64,000 bases of DNA from an uncultured Candidatus Saccharibacteria bacterium (GCA_964618905.1 CAZUDK010000001.1:13982-77981), one strand, 5' to 3'. Numbered from the stretch's first letter, positions 30,589-40,380 are shown. The notes: a model not told the origin generated them from the letters alone. Program-made: numbers and translations.

Positions 30589-30760
30589 AGGTGAACCCTG
30601 TCCTTACTGTGGCGCAAAAGTCGTGAGAGCTGTACCGAGGCAAAAAGCACGAGGTCATCGTGCCTACTACTACGAATGGTATCTCCGATGCTCCAACGTG
30701 AGGTGTCCAAAGGGATACAAAGACATGCCCAATGAGGCACGTCGCAATTGGGACGAATAA
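30560..30760 (+). CDS. Small zinc-ribbon protein
   Basis: CPYCGAK...CSNVRCPKG. Confidence 0.4.
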   Translation: MSETRKKPSEGEPCPYCGAKVVRAVPRQKARGHRAYYYEWYLRCSNVRCPKGYKDMPNEARRNWDE

Positions 30761-31104
30761 CTTTCGGTGCGAATTATTCCTCATGGAGAGGGCATCCCCC
30801 GCCGAAGAAAAGGGTCGAAAACCAAAACTCCCACCACCAATTTCTACTTTCCACAAAAACTACACGACATAGACAAGGCAACACTCATTGAGTTCATTCT
30901 GCATAACGGAGCATAACCCAGGTATTACCTGTCGTAGTCGTGTGAGAGGAGAAAAGTACCGTCCACGTGGATACCGAGCAGGTTGAAGCGTGGAAATAAA
31001 AACAGCCCTCGTGGGGCAATTGCACTAAATGGTTCTTTGATGAAGTTCAAATGAATCAAACGAGAACTTCAACTAACAAATGAATCATAGCAAAGTGTCT
31101 CACT

Positions 31105-31377
31105 TTGGGTCAAGTGGATAAAACACACATATTCAAATCATTGTATTGCACTAAAGAACCAAAAGCAGATATGAACGACGAAATGAAAAACCAAAGCGGG
31201 CGGGCGGCAACGATAAGTGTAAGTGCTGTTGCTGCCGACCTCGGTGTATCACGCGCAACGGTGTTGCGTTGGATTCGTGCAGAAAAAATCCAGGGCTTCT
31301 TCCGAATAGGAACGAAGTGGCTCATCCGTCGAGAGGATTATGAGCATTTTATCAACCGTCAGATAGGCGAAAAGTAA
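31105..31377 (+). CDS. Excisionase/MerR-like HTH DNA-binding protein
   Basis: ISVSAVAADLGVSRATVLRWIRAEKIQGFFRIGTKWLIRREDYEHFI is an Xis-family HTH. Confidence 0.6.
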   Translation: MGQVDKTHIFKSLYCTKEPKADMNDEMKNQSGRAATISVSAVAADLGVSRATVLRWIRAEKIQGFFRIGTKWLIRREDYEHFINRQIGEK

Positions 31378-31379
31378 CT

Positions 31380-31607
31380 ATGAACAACAAACAAGACAAC
31401 AATGAAGATAAGAAGGATTGGTTAGGACAACTTGTCTTCTGGCTCACTATCGGTGTTCTCGTGTTTAGCATCACAACTTTGCTTGGCTATCTCAATGAGC
31501 ATGTTGATTTTGAGGTGACATCGAGCAATGTCGGCTTTGTGGAGTTTTCTATCTTGGTAGCATTGGTCGTTCTTTTGACTCTTGGCGGATTGTTCAGGAA
31601 AAAATAA
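31380..31607 (+). CDS. Small two-TM membrane protein
   Basis: Two hydrophobic segments. It is coupled to the flanking genes. Confidence 0.4.
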   Translation: MNNKQDNNEDKKDWLGQLVFWLTIGVLVFSITTLLGYLNEHVDFEVTSSNVGFVEFSILVALVVLLTLGGLFRKK

Positions 31608-31609
31608 CC

Positions 31610-32515
31610 ATGAATAAACTCATCACACAATTTGTACACTACCTTTCAGCCGAGCGTAACTTCTCGGAACGTACGGTTCGTGCGTATGAGTTAGATTTGC
31701 AGAAGTTTGTTGAGTTTTTGGAATCTCGCAACACTACAGACATTTCAGAAGTTGCTCGTGATGACATTCGCGCTTTTCTTTCAGAACTAACTAAAAACGG
31801 AATCAAGAAGCCAAACAGTGCCGTAACTCGTGCTCGCAAGCTCTCCTCAATCAAGTCCTTCTATAAGTATCTTGTTCGTTACGGAGTGCTCGAATCAAAC
31901 CCCGCCGCAGATGTTGAAACACCAAAGCTGCCTCATAAAGAACCGAATTATCTTACTCCCCAAGAATATGATGCGTTGCTTGTAGCAGTACGGCGTGCCG
32001 CAACACCTTTTTACCTTGCGCGTGACCTTGCTATCGTCACCACTTTCCTCAATACAGGTGTTCGTCTATCTGAACTTGTAGGGCTGTCTCTCAATAGCAT
32101 CAATCTCGAATCATCAAATGCTTTTATCAAGGTGCGCGGTAAGGGAGACAAAGAGCGCACCATCCCACTAAACGACAACGTTGCAGCAACACTGCGCAAG
32201 TATGTAGCGAAACGCCCAGAAGTTGATACTAACCAACTGTTCATCAGTAGATTGGGAAAGGGGCTTTGCGCAAGAAGCGTATATCACCTTATCAAGCGCT
32301 ACCTAAAAGAAGCAGGAATCAAGAAAGACCGTATTGGTGTTCACTCACTACGTCATACATTCGGCGCTTCACTCCTCGCAAAGAATGTGAACCTTGTCGT
32401 CATTCAAGAACTTCTGGGGCACAAAAAACTTGAAACAACCCGCAGATACCTTCACATCAACAGCGTTGACCTACGCAATGCGGTTGACCGTTTGGCATTA
32501 GACACACAACCATGA
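31610..32515 (+). CDS. Tyrosine site-specific recombinase (XerC/XerD-like integrase)
   Basis: An N-terminal SAM-like core-binding region is present. HSLRHTF and RRYLH carry the catalytic His and Tyr. It is 301 aa. Confidence 0.85.
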   Translation: MNKLITQFVHYLSAERNFSERTVRAYELDLQKFVEFLESRNTTDISEVARDDIRAFLSELTKNGIKKPNSAVTRARKLSSIKSFYKYLVRYGVLESNPAADVETPKLPHKEPNYLTPQEYDALLVAVRRAATPFYLARDLAIVTTFLNTGVRLSELVGLSLNSINLESSNAFIKVRGKGDKERTIPLNDNVAATLRKYVAKRPEVDTNQLFISRLGKGLCARSVYHLIKRYLKEAGIKKDRIGVHSLRHTFGASLLAKNVNLVVIQELLGHKKLETTRRYLHINSVDLRNAVDRLALDTQP

Positions 32516-34053
32516 ACACTCCTTCAACAAAACCAAAAGCAATAATCTATATTCGCGTCTCATCGGATGAGCAATATGAGGGCACGAGTCCAGGATTCCA
32601 ACGGAAAGAATGTTTGAGATACTGCGAGCAGAGAGGTTTTGATGTTGTTGCGGAGTTTGAAGAACCAGAATCAGCAAAGGATTTGTCTTTGAATAACCGA
32701 AAAGAATTGTTGCGTTCAATTGAGTTTTGTCGAAAACATAAAAATCAAATCCAAGCGTTTGTGGTATTACGCGTCAACCGCTTTGCTCGTAATACAGAAG
32801 ACCACTTTATTATCCGTAAAAAATTACTCTCTTACGGAACGACCTTGCACTCTGTTACAGAACCTATCGGAAATAAGCCGATTGAGAAACTCGTAGAAAC
32901 AGTTGCAGCTGCTTCTGCTGATTATGAGAATGCCATTCGAAAGCAACAATGCTCCGATGGTATGAGTGAAAAAATCAATCAAGGTATCTATCCTTGGAAA
33001 CCACCATTGGGTTATGCATGCGGTCAGTTCAAAAAACGTGGTCTGAAAAAGACAGAAGCCGATAAGCCAGACACTGTGCGTTTTCGCTTTATTCAACAGC
33101 TCTTGAAAAAATGTCTTGAGGAGAAAATCAAAAGTAATGTCGAACTCGCTAAACTGCAAAAAATTGATGAGATTTTTTCAAACAAGTTTTACGCAGGCAT
33201 TATCGTCAATCCGTTCACAGGTAAAGAGGTTGAGGGAAAACATGAACGAATGATTACGCCAGAAGAGTTCAACCAGATTCAACTTATCCGCAAAGGCAAG
33301 GCGCCAGTCATTATCAAGAAGAAACTAAAAAATCATCCTCATTTTCCACTAACACGGGATATGAAGTGCGTATGTAGTGTGGGCATGAGTGGCAGTCACC
33401 CCCGTGGAAATGGAGGTGTATATTCTTACTACCATTGCCACAACAGGGATTGTCCGCTTTATTGCAAGAACATACCTGCTGATAAAGTGCACTCTGATTT
33501 TCTGGCGTGGCTTGGAGGAGTAACACCAAAGCAAGAGTTTCTCGACCTATTCCGTGAGATTGTGATTGATGTCTGGCGCAACAATACTTCACTGCTTGAA
33601 GATGCTATCAAACAACAACAAAAGGAGCTTGAGGAGCTGCGACAAAAGAAGTTTGAATATGTTGAGCTAATTCGTAAGGGCACTATCAGTGAGGACTTTG
33701 GTAAAGAAGTTATTGAGCAGACAGATAACGAAATTGCAGCAAAACAAATCACTATCCGTGAGAATCACTTGGATAAGCTCGATATCGAAACCGCAGTATC
33801 CTACGCCACCAACTTTATTTCAGACCTTCCACGCACCTGGATGGATTTGGACATTGACGCAAAAAAGCGGTTCCAAAAACTCGTTCTTCCCGAAGGAATC
33901 GTGTACGATAAAAACAACGGATTTGGAACCGCCAAACTGGGCTTTATTTACGAGATGAATCAGCAACTTGTTGCTGAAAAATCAGATTTGGTGGACCCTA
34001 CCGGATTCGAACCGGTGACCTCCTCATTGCAAATGAGGCGCTCTACCAACTAA
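32512..34053 (+). CDS. Large serine recombinase (resolvase catalytic domain plus recombinase and zinc-ribbon domains)
   Basis: AIIYIRVSSDEQ carries the catalytic Ser. A Cys-rich ribbon (CVCSVG...YYHCHNRDCPLYC) is present. The start overlaps the tyrosine recombinase stop as ATGA. The last roughly 20 codons read through tRNA-Ala. Confidence 0.8.
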   Translation: MNTPSTKPKAIIYIRVSSDEQYEGTSPGFQRKECLRYCEQRGFDVVAEFEEPESAKDLSLNNRKELLRSIEFCRKHKNQIQAFVVLRVNRFARNTEDHFIIRKKLLSYGTTLHSVTEPIGNKPIEKLVETVAAASADYENAIRKQQCSDGMSEKINQGIYPWKPPLGYACGQFKKRGLKKTEADKPDTVRFRFIQQLLKKCLEEKIKSNVELAKLQKIDEIFSNKFYAGIIVNPFTGKEVEGKHERMITPEEFNQIQLIRKGKAPVIIKKKLKNHPHFPLTRDMKCVCSVGMSGSHPRGNGGVYSYYHCHNRDCPLYCKNIPADKVHSDFLAWLGGVTPKQEFLDLFREIVIDVWRNNTSLLEDAIKQQQKELEELRQKKFEYVELIRKGTISEDFGKEVIEQTDNEIAAKQITIRENHLDKLDIETAVSYATNFISDLPRTWMDLDIDAKKRFQKLVLPEGIVYDKNNGFGTAKLGFIYEMNQQLVAEKSDLVDPTGFEPVTSSLQMRRSTN

Positions 34054-34064
34054 GCTAAGGGCCC
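33989..34064 (-). tRNA. tRNA-Ala(UGC)
   Basis: Folded by hand. The acceptor is GGGCCCU/AGGGUCC with a G3:U70 pair. The anticodon loop is UUUGCAA. The T-loop is UUCGAAU. The discriminator is A and CCA is encoded. Confidence 0.85.
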
Positions 34065-34122
34065 AATAAAAGGAAAGTATAGTAGACAAGCAGGGAAAAA
34101 TCAATCAAAATATCGGCCAATA

Positions 34123-34196
34123 GGGCCTATAGTATAGTAGTAACACACGTCCATGGCATGGACGAGTCCGGGGTGCGATTCCCCGTAGGTCCACCA
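34123..34196 (+). tRNA. tRNA-Ala(GGC)
   Basis: The acceptor is GGGCCUA/UAGGUCC with G3:U70. The anticodon loop is AUGGCAU. The T-stem is CGGGG/CCCCG. CCA is encoded. It is divergent from tRNA-Ala(UGC) across a shared 58-bp region. Confidence 0.8.
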
Positions 34197-34230
34197 AACA
34201 ACAAATCCCGCATAAGCGGGATTTGTTGTT
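34197..34230. terminator. 15-bp perfect hairpin (aacaacaaatcccgc-ataa-gcgggatttgttgtt)
   Basis: It lies between the tRNA-Ala(GGC) 3' end and the convergent gene ending at 34238. Confidence 0.55.
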
Positions 34231-34237
34231 TACTCAC

Positions 34238-34684
34238 TTACTTCCTCTTGATCAGTCCGAAGGTGTAGGCAAAGAAGCGTTCGATTCCAGAGAGCGCCAA
34301 TAGGAAGAGGACTATCGAGGCTTGTGCGGGCCAGAAGATATAGGAATATGTTGCTGCCAGGGCAAGCCACACGCCAGTGCATGAAGGGCAGTAAAGAAGC
34401 GAACCGATAAAGCCGCGCAAGCCGTGCTCGTAAGGCTCTTCTATTTCCTTGCCATCGCGTTCAATTATTTTCACAAAAGGAGCTCTAACAGAAATCGTTA
34501 CAAATTCGTTAGAAACTATGTTTGCCGCTCTATATACAGCAAGGCCGAAGACTAAGAGCTTCAGAAAAGTCAGACTTTCGAAGACTTCATTAATAGAATC
34601 AACTTTGCCCAACAGATAAACGTTGAGTAAAACAAATACCACCATATCAAGAATCATCCACAGGAACATGCTTTTGTACTTCAT
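34238..34684 (-). CDS. DUF1360-like small membrane protein
   Basis: Hydrophobic segments plus the conserved CPSCTGVW motif. Confidence 0.5.
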   Translation of the reverse strand: MKYKSMFLWMILDMVVFVLLNVYLLGKVDSINEVFESLTFLKLLVFGLAVYRAANIVSNEFVTISVRAPFVKIIERDGKEIEEPYEHGLRGFIGSLLYCPSCTGVWLALAATYSYIFWPAQASIVLFLLALSGIERFFAYTFGLIKRK

Positions 34685-34689
34685 CTATT

Positions 34690-35343
34690 TTGGTTATTAG
34701 CTATGATCTTAGATTCTACATGTTCGCTATTTATGCTGCAATAAGTAGAATTATGATCATGTTCGACTTAGTCTCTTTAATACAGATTGGCGGGTATCTT
34801 GGCCTCTTTATTATTATCTTCGCGGAATCCGGACTTTTCTTTGGCTTCTTTCTGCCGGGCGATAGCCTATTGTTTACGGCCGGATTCCTGGCATCTCAAG
34901 GATACCTCTATATCCCACTGCTTGTTGCTCTGCTTTTTTCAGCGGCTGCTCTTGGCGACACCGCCGGCTATGCCTTCGGCAAATATTACGGACCAAAAAT
35001 ATTTTCCAAAGAAAAATCAACCTTTTTTAATCCTTCGCATATAAAGAAAACCTCCGAGTTCTTTCGCAAATATGGAGTCAAAACCATAATGCTGGCAAGA
35101 TTCATACCTGTCATAAGGACCTTCGCCCCTATTATGGCCGGTGTTGGAGAAATGCCTTACAAGACTTTCATCAAATATAATTTAATTGGGGCCGCTCTTT
35201 GGACTGGCGGTATGACTCTGGCCGGATACTACTTCGGCCAAACGGTTCCCAATGCAGACCAGTACATATGGCTCATCGTTGGAATTATTATTGCAATCTC
35301 TTTTATTCCGCCGATTCGAGAGTATTTAAAAGTGCGAAAATAA
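34690..35343 (+). CDS. DedA/SNARE-associated (VTT domain) membrane protein
   Basis: FAESGLFFGFFLPGDSLLFTAGFLA...ARFIPVIRTFAPIMAGVG is the DedA signature. Confidence 0.8.
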   Translation: MVISYDLRFYMFAIYAAISRIMIMFDLVSLIQIGGYLGLFIIIFAESGLFFGFFLPGDSLLFTAGFLASQGYLYIPLLVALLFSAAALGDTAGYAFGKYYGPKIFSKEKSTFFNPSHIKKTSEFFRKYGVKTIMLARFIPVIRTFAPIMAGVGEMPYKTFIKYNLIGAALWTGGMTLAGYYFGQTVPNADQYIWLIVGIIIAISFIPPIREYLKVRK

Positions 35344-35362
35344 GACAGTACGCAACCGAGTT

Positions 35363-36331
35363 TTACTGTCGTGCAATTTCTATAACATGATCCACAAAAT
35401 CCCGAGCCTGCCAGCCGGCAGCATCGAAAGATTTTTGCATGAGCGAATCTTCAGCAAGGCGCGGCGAAGAAGTGGTATTCAAAAGATAAGTCTTGCCGTT
35501 TGGAGTTACCACAAAATCTGAAACAGAATAATGTCTCATGCCGAGAGCTTGGTGAGCCGACCGAGTGACATCTTCTATCTTCTTTATTGTTTCCTGATTT
35601 AAATTAGAAGAATATTCATAGTTGGCCGCCTTCTTTTCTATAGGCATGAAAGCATATAGATCTTGATCGCGAGCTCTGTCCAGAGCGGCGCATGACACTT
35701 CCCTGCCGCGGATCATCTCTTCCACGACAGCTCTGGAAGAATGTAAAAAAATTTCTTTGAGGATTTTCTCAAATTCCCCATAAGAGCTTGCTTTGCGAGC
35801 TCTTATGGGGCTGTAAAAATCAGCTGGCTTGATTATCACAGGCATCATGTAATTCCTGAATATTTCAATCAGCTTGCCGCTGTCAAAAGACTCTTTAGAA
35901 AGAATCTTATAATTTGGTATGGATATGCCGTTTAGAAAATATGTCTTTCCGGATTCATGCCTATCCGAAGACAAAGCACTGGCGCTTTTATCTGCTCCGG
36001 TGAATGGCACGCCAAGCCCTTCAAGAATTTCTTGAATCTGACCGTCTTCTCCATACGGTCCATGCAAAGCATTCCAAACAATATCAACATGCTTAAGAGA
36101 CTGCGCTGGAGTTCTGACAAGTCCCCAATAGTGCCAATCACCTGACCTTGAAATAAAAATATCAACCGGCTCATATTTCTCCGGCATTTCACTCAAGAGA
36201 GAGAGAACACGACCGCCGGTTGCCAGCGAAGCATCATACTCATGCGAAGGACCGCCGCGTAATACTGCTACTCTTATACGAGAAGATGACATGCATAAAT
36301 TATACACCAGCGAAGCAAAAGTGACTGCCAA
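35363..36331 (-). CDS. ddl: D-alanine--D-alanine ligase
   Basis: RVAVLRGGPSHEYDASL is the N-terminal domain. An ATP-grasp core is present. The start is likely MSSSRIRV. Confidence 0.85.
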   Translation of the reverse strand: MAVTFASLVYNLCMSSSRIRVAVLRGGPSHEYDASLATGGRVLSLLSEMPEKYEPVDIFISRSGDWHYWGLVRTPAQSLKHVDIVWNALHGPYGEDGQIQEILEGLGVPFTGADKSASALSSDRHESGKTYFLNGISIPNYKILSKESFDSGKLIEIFRNYMMPVIIKPADFYSPIRARKASSYGEFEKILKEIFLHSSRAVVEEMIRGREVSCAALDRARDQDLYAFMPIEKKAANYEYSSNLNQETIKKIEDVTRSAHQALGMRHYSVSDFVVTPNGKTYLLNTTSSPRLAEDSLMQKSFDAAGWQARDFVDHVIEIARQ

Positions 36332-36422
36332 AAAGCGTCTCGGAGCGCGACGGCGCGAGAGTCAGGCAGATTTCTAGCAAGAAATACTGCCGTGGTTTTT
36401 GGCGGTCAGCTTTTGCGAAGCG

Positions 36423-37643
36423 TTATATCCGAAATCCTTTCCCGCGCAACCGTCTGTGGTACCCAATAGCAAAGCGATGCGCCTCGGCATTGGCAAGAAG
36501 TATTGCTCTGACATGATTCTTAATATGCATTTTAGAACCGACAACTTCACGAGCTTTATGTCTCTGGTCTTTAACCACTGCAGCAATCCCTATATGGAAA
36601 CCTTCTTTATCTAAAACTTCTTTGGCTGCCGCCATCTGAGCTTTGCCGCCATCTACTACGATAAGATTCGGCATAGGCCATTCTGGATGCGTAAGTCTGC
36701 GGCTTATGACTTCTTTAAGATTGGCTATATCATTGTTCTTATCTGTTTTTATTTTAAATTTTCTGTACTGACTTTTGGCAAGTTCTCCATCTTCCACCAC
36801 AGTCATCACTCCAACTGCGTTCGAGCCGGAAAGATGCGCAATGTCATAAGCTTCAATCCGAAAAGTTATTTCTCCTGCATCTTTTTCTATGTCTTTTTTC
36901 AAGAGAGCAATATCTTGTATATGATCAAGAGAAAATATCTGTCTCTTCACTTTCTCTGCTTCCTCAAATTTTTGTTCTTTAGCCAAAGACTTCATTTCTT
37001 TTTCCAGAGAAGTTATAAGTTTGGTTTTCTTGCCTTCGAAAAATAAGACGAGGTGACGAATAATCTTGTTGTAATCTTTCTTTGATATCCAGCCAGCGCA
37101 CGGACCGGGACAGAGCCCTATCTGAGCATTAAAGCAAGGCCTGCCGGTGAGCTTGCATTTCTCATCTCTGAAAGGAAAGATCTTGCGGATTATCTTGAGA
37201 GCCTCGCGCAACTCGGTACCTTTAGGGAACGGTCCAAATACCCTGCGAGGTTCAACCTTGTAGCCTTTTTCTAATTCCCTGCCCCGCACTAAAAGAACCC
37301 GTGGAAAATCCTCTCGGGTTATAACCACATAGTTGTAGCTCCTGTCATCTTTTTCCTTGGTATTGCCTCGCGGTTTGTACTTGCGAATCTCGTTAGCTTC
37401 AAGAATAAGCGCTTCCAAGACTGAATCTGTTTTTTTATATGCAACCTTCTCTGTTTCGAGGATAACCTTCTCTATGATAGGACCTCTGGTGCGAAAAATA
37501 TTGCCATTAAAATAGCTTCTGACTCTATCTTTGAGGCTTGTAGCCTTGCCTATATAGAGAATCTTGCCTTTTTTATCCAGGAAGTAATACACTCCCGGAG
37601 AATCAGGAATATTAAATTTCTTTAAATCTGTCGAATTCATCAA
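36423..37643 (-). CDS. uvrC: Excinuclease ABC subunit C, lacking the C-terminal (HhH)2 domain
   Basis: GVYYFLDKKGKILYIGKA is the GIY-YIG motif. A UvrBC-interaction helix is present. The RNase H-like domain IEAYDIAHLSG is present. It ends at 406 aa. Confidence 0.85.
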   Translation of the reverse strand: MMNSTDLKKFNIPDSPGVYYFLDKKGKILYIGKATSLKDRVRSYFNGNIFRTRGPIIEKVILETEKVAYKKTDSVLEALILEANEIRKYKPRGNTKEKDDRSYNYVVITREDFPRVLLVRGRELEKGYKVEPRRVFGPFPKGTELREALKIIRKIFPFRDEKCKLTGRPCFNAQIGLCPGPCAGWISKKDYNKIIRHLVLFFEGKKTKLITSLEKEMKSLAKEQKFEEAEKVKRQIFSLDHIQDIALLKKDIEKDAGEITFRIEAYDIAHLSGSNAVGVMTVVEDGELAKSQYRKFKIKTDKNNDIANLKEVISRRLTHPEWPMPNLIVVDGGKAQMAAAKEVLDKEGFHIGIAAVVKDQRHKAREVVGSKMHIKNHVRAILLANAEAHRFAIGYHRRLRGKGFRI

Positions 37644-37650
37644 TTTCTAA

Positions 37651-40380
37651 TTACCTCTTCTTTAAAACTCTGCGAAGATAAGTGCCGGTATGAGTATCCG
37701 TATTCGCAACTTCTTCCGGCGTACCTTTAGCCACCAACTTACCGCCTCCGACACCGCCTTCAGGACCAATATCAAGAATATAATCAGCACTTTTTACCAA
37801 GTCGAGATTATGCTCTATTACCAGAACTGTATTACCCTTATCCACGAGCTTCTGCAATATCTCTATAAGCTTTTTTACATCCTCATAATGCAGACCAATA
37901 GTAGGCTCATCGAGAAGATAAATAGTTTTCTGCAAATGCGGACGGTACAATTCCGATGCAATCTTTACGCGCTGAGCTTCCCCACCGGAAAGAGTTGTTG
38001 CAGACTGACCAAGCTTCAAGTAACCGAGCCCGACGTCACTGAGTGTTCTAAGCCTGTCATATATAGCAGGTATGTCTTCAAAAAATCCGAGAGCGTCTTC
38101 TACTGTCATCTCCAAGACATCATATATGGACTTTTGTTTGTATTTGACTTCAAGAGTATCTTTCATGAATCTCTTACCACCACAGACGTCACAAGGCACA
38201 TAAACTGTCGGCAAAAAGTGCATCTCCACAGCAATCTGTCCTGCTCCCTGGCAAGTCTCACATCTTCCACCTTTAACATTGAAAGAAAATCTAGAAGGCT
38301 TCCAGCCGCGAGCTCGAGCTTCTGAAGTTTCGGCAAACAATTCCCTGATGAAAGTGAAGGCTCCGGTATACGTTGCCGGGTTTGATCGAGGTGTCCTGCC
38401 TATCGGCGACTGATCTATCAAGATGGTCCGGCCTAGATACTCAGAACCGTCAAAACTCTGAGCGTTAAAAGTCTGAGCGCTCCTATGCTTCCTATCAAGC
38501 CGCGCCTGAAGATTCTTGTAGAGAATTTCATAGACAAATGACGATTTGCCGGAACCTGATACGCCTGTGACAACCACGAACTTGCCGAGCGGAATATCAA
38601 CATTGAACTTGTCTATATTGAATATCTTACCTCCCCTGATCTTAATACTTCCTTTATCTGATGTTCTTCTTGTCTCTGGTACATCAATCTTCTCTTCACC
38701 GCGCAAGTAAGAGAGGGTCAGCGAATTACTTTTGTTTTCTTTGGCTGTCAGAAGTGGCTCCAGAAAATCTGCCACCACCACTTCTCCGCCGTGACGACCT
38801 GCGCCTGGACCGATATCTACGATGTAGTCCGCAGAATAGATAGTGTCTTCATCGTGTTCTACCACTATGATGGTATTGCCAAGATCACGGAGATTTAAAA
38901 GAGTCTTTATAAGCCGGTCATTGTCTCTCTGATGCAAGCCGATGGTAGGCTCATCGAGCACATACAGCGCTCCGACAAGTCCGGAACCGAGCTGGCTGGC
39001 TAATCGTATGCGCTGAGCTTCACCACCGGAGAGAGTATGAGCGCGCCTGTCGAGCGACAAATATTCTATGCCGACATTGAGCATAAACTTTAGCCTCGAT
39101 TCTATTTCTTTGACAACCACTTTAGAAATATTCTTTTCTCTGTCTGAGAGTTTCAGCTTCTTTAGAAATTGATCTGCATCTTTTATAGAAAGCGCCGTGA
39201 ACTGGACTATGTTTTTACCACCGATTAGGACATTGAGTGCTTCTTCTCTCAAACGATCTCCGTTGCATTTCGGGCAAGGCTCTGTACCAAAAAGATACTT
39301 GGTGCCAAGGCCGTTACATTCCGGACAGGCTCCATACGGCGAGTTGAAAGAGAAGAGTCTTGGCTCTATGTCTGGAAATGAAAAGCCGTCCCGCGGGCAT
39401 GACCACTTTGCCGAAAGCAAGTGCTCTTGTTCATCTTCAGCATCCTTCTTCGCCTTTTTTCCGTCTGAGGTATCCCTAAAGCGAAGCACAAGCAATCCTT
39501 CAGATTCTTCAATGGCTTTTTCTATAGATTCGGATAATCTCTCGTCTGCGGTCTTCGGGTCTGTTTTGAATTCATCAATGCTTATAGCATCCACCAGCAC
39601 GGAGATTTCATGTTTCTTTGTCTTTGTCAGAGCTATTCTCTCTCGCAAAGACTTGCGCTGACCATCCACTAAAACTTCGCTGTATCCTTTGCCTAATAAA
39701 TCATAAAGAAGCTGGTAATACTCACCCTTCCTGCCGCGCACTATCGGCGAAAATATTTCGGCATATACCGGCAGAGGCAAATCTTTCTTTGGCAGTGATG
39801 CAGCTTTTTCGTTTATTTTTTCTAAGACGAAATTTTTTATTTCTTCGTTTGAGAGCTTTTGGATTTCATTGCCGCAAACCAGACAATGCGGGCGACCAAT
39901 GCGTGCAAACAAGATACGAAGATAATCATTTATCTCTGTGATAGTAGCCACGGTGGAACGCGGATTGTTGGAACGAGATTTTTGATCTATTGAAATAGCC
40001 GGAGAGAGGCCGATGATTTCATCGACATCAGGCTTTTGCATCTGGTTTAAAAATTGACGCGCATAAGAAGAGAGAGATTCTACATACCTCCTCTGCCCTT
40101 CTGCGAAAATCGTATCGAATGCCAGAGATGATTTGCCAGAACCTGATAAGCCGGTAATGGCTATCATTTTGTCGCGCGGCATCCGCACAGTGATATTTTT
40201 CAAATTATGCGTTCTTGCCCCACGCACTTCAATATACTCACCTTCCTTAAGGTTGCTTGCCCCGTAGGGAGCTTGCTCTCCTTTGGGGTGAGTGCGGGCA
40301 CCTTTAACAATTATCTTGCCTGCGCCGCTATCCTTCTGCGGTTTTTCGCTCTGTTTGTTTTCTTCTTTTTTCTTTGCCAT
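37651..40380 (-). CDS. uvrA: Excinuclease ABC subunit A
   Basis: Two ABC ATPase modules (GLSGSGKSSLAF and GVSGSGKSS), zinc-finger cysteines and LSGGEAQR signatures. Confidence 0.95.
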   Translation of the reverse strand: MAKKKEENKQSEKPQKDSGAGKIIVKGARTHPKGEQAPYGASNLKEGEYIEVRGARTHNLKNITVRMPRDKMIAITGLSGSGKSSLAFDTIFAEGQRRYVESLSSYARQFLNQMQKPDVDEIIGLSPAISIDQKSRSNNPRSTVATITEINDYLRILFARIGRPHCLVCGNEIQKLSNEEIKNFVLEKINEKAASLPKKDLPLPVYAEIFSPIVRGRKGEYYQLLYDLLGKGYSEVLVDGQRKSLRERIALTKTKKHEISVLVDAISIDEFKTDPKTADERLSESIEKAIEESEGLLVLRFRDTSDGKKAKKDAEDEQEHLLSAKWSCPRDGFSFPDIEPRLFSFNSPYGACPECNGLGTKYLFGTEPCPKCNGDRLREEALNVLIGGKNIVQFTALSIKDADQFLKKLKLSDREKNISKVVVKEIESRLKFMLNVGIEYLSLDRRAHTLSGGEAQRIRLASQLGSGLVGALYVLDEPTIGLHQRDNDRLIKTLLNLRDLGNTIIVVEHDEDTIYSADYIVDIGPGAGRHGGEVVVADFLEPLLTAKENKSNSLTLSYLRGEEKIDVPETRRTSDKGSIKIRGGKIFNIDKFNVDIPLGKFVVVTGVSGSGKSSFVYEILYKNLQARLDRKHRSAQTFNAQSFDGSEYLGRTILIDQSPIGRTPRSNPATYTGAFTFIRELFAETSEARARGWKPSRFSFNVKGGRCETCQGAGQIAVEMHFLPTVYVPCDVCGGKRFMKDTLEVKYKQKSIYDVLEMTVEDALGFFEDIPAIYDRLRTLSDVGLGYLKLGQSATTLSGGEAQRVKIASELYRPHLQKTIYLLDEPTIGLHYEDVKKLIEILQKLVDKGNTVLVIEHNLDLVKSADYILDIGPEGGVGGGKLVAKGTPEEVANTDTHTGTYLRRVLKKR

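Larger units (their letters stand above)
20280..34065. mobile_element. Putative integrative genomic island of about 13.7 kb abutting the 3' end of tRNA-Ala(UGC). It carries a type I RM/HEPN operon, a MobC-like gene, two Xis-like HTH genes, a tyrosine recombinase and a large serine recombinase
   Basis: GC content is visibly higher than in the flanks. The recombinase genes sit at the tRNA-proximal end. The serine recombinase ORF reads into the tRNA. A degenerate copy of the tRNA 3' end (ttggtggac...gaattggaacc at 20306-20335) sits at the distal end. Confidence 0.55.
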
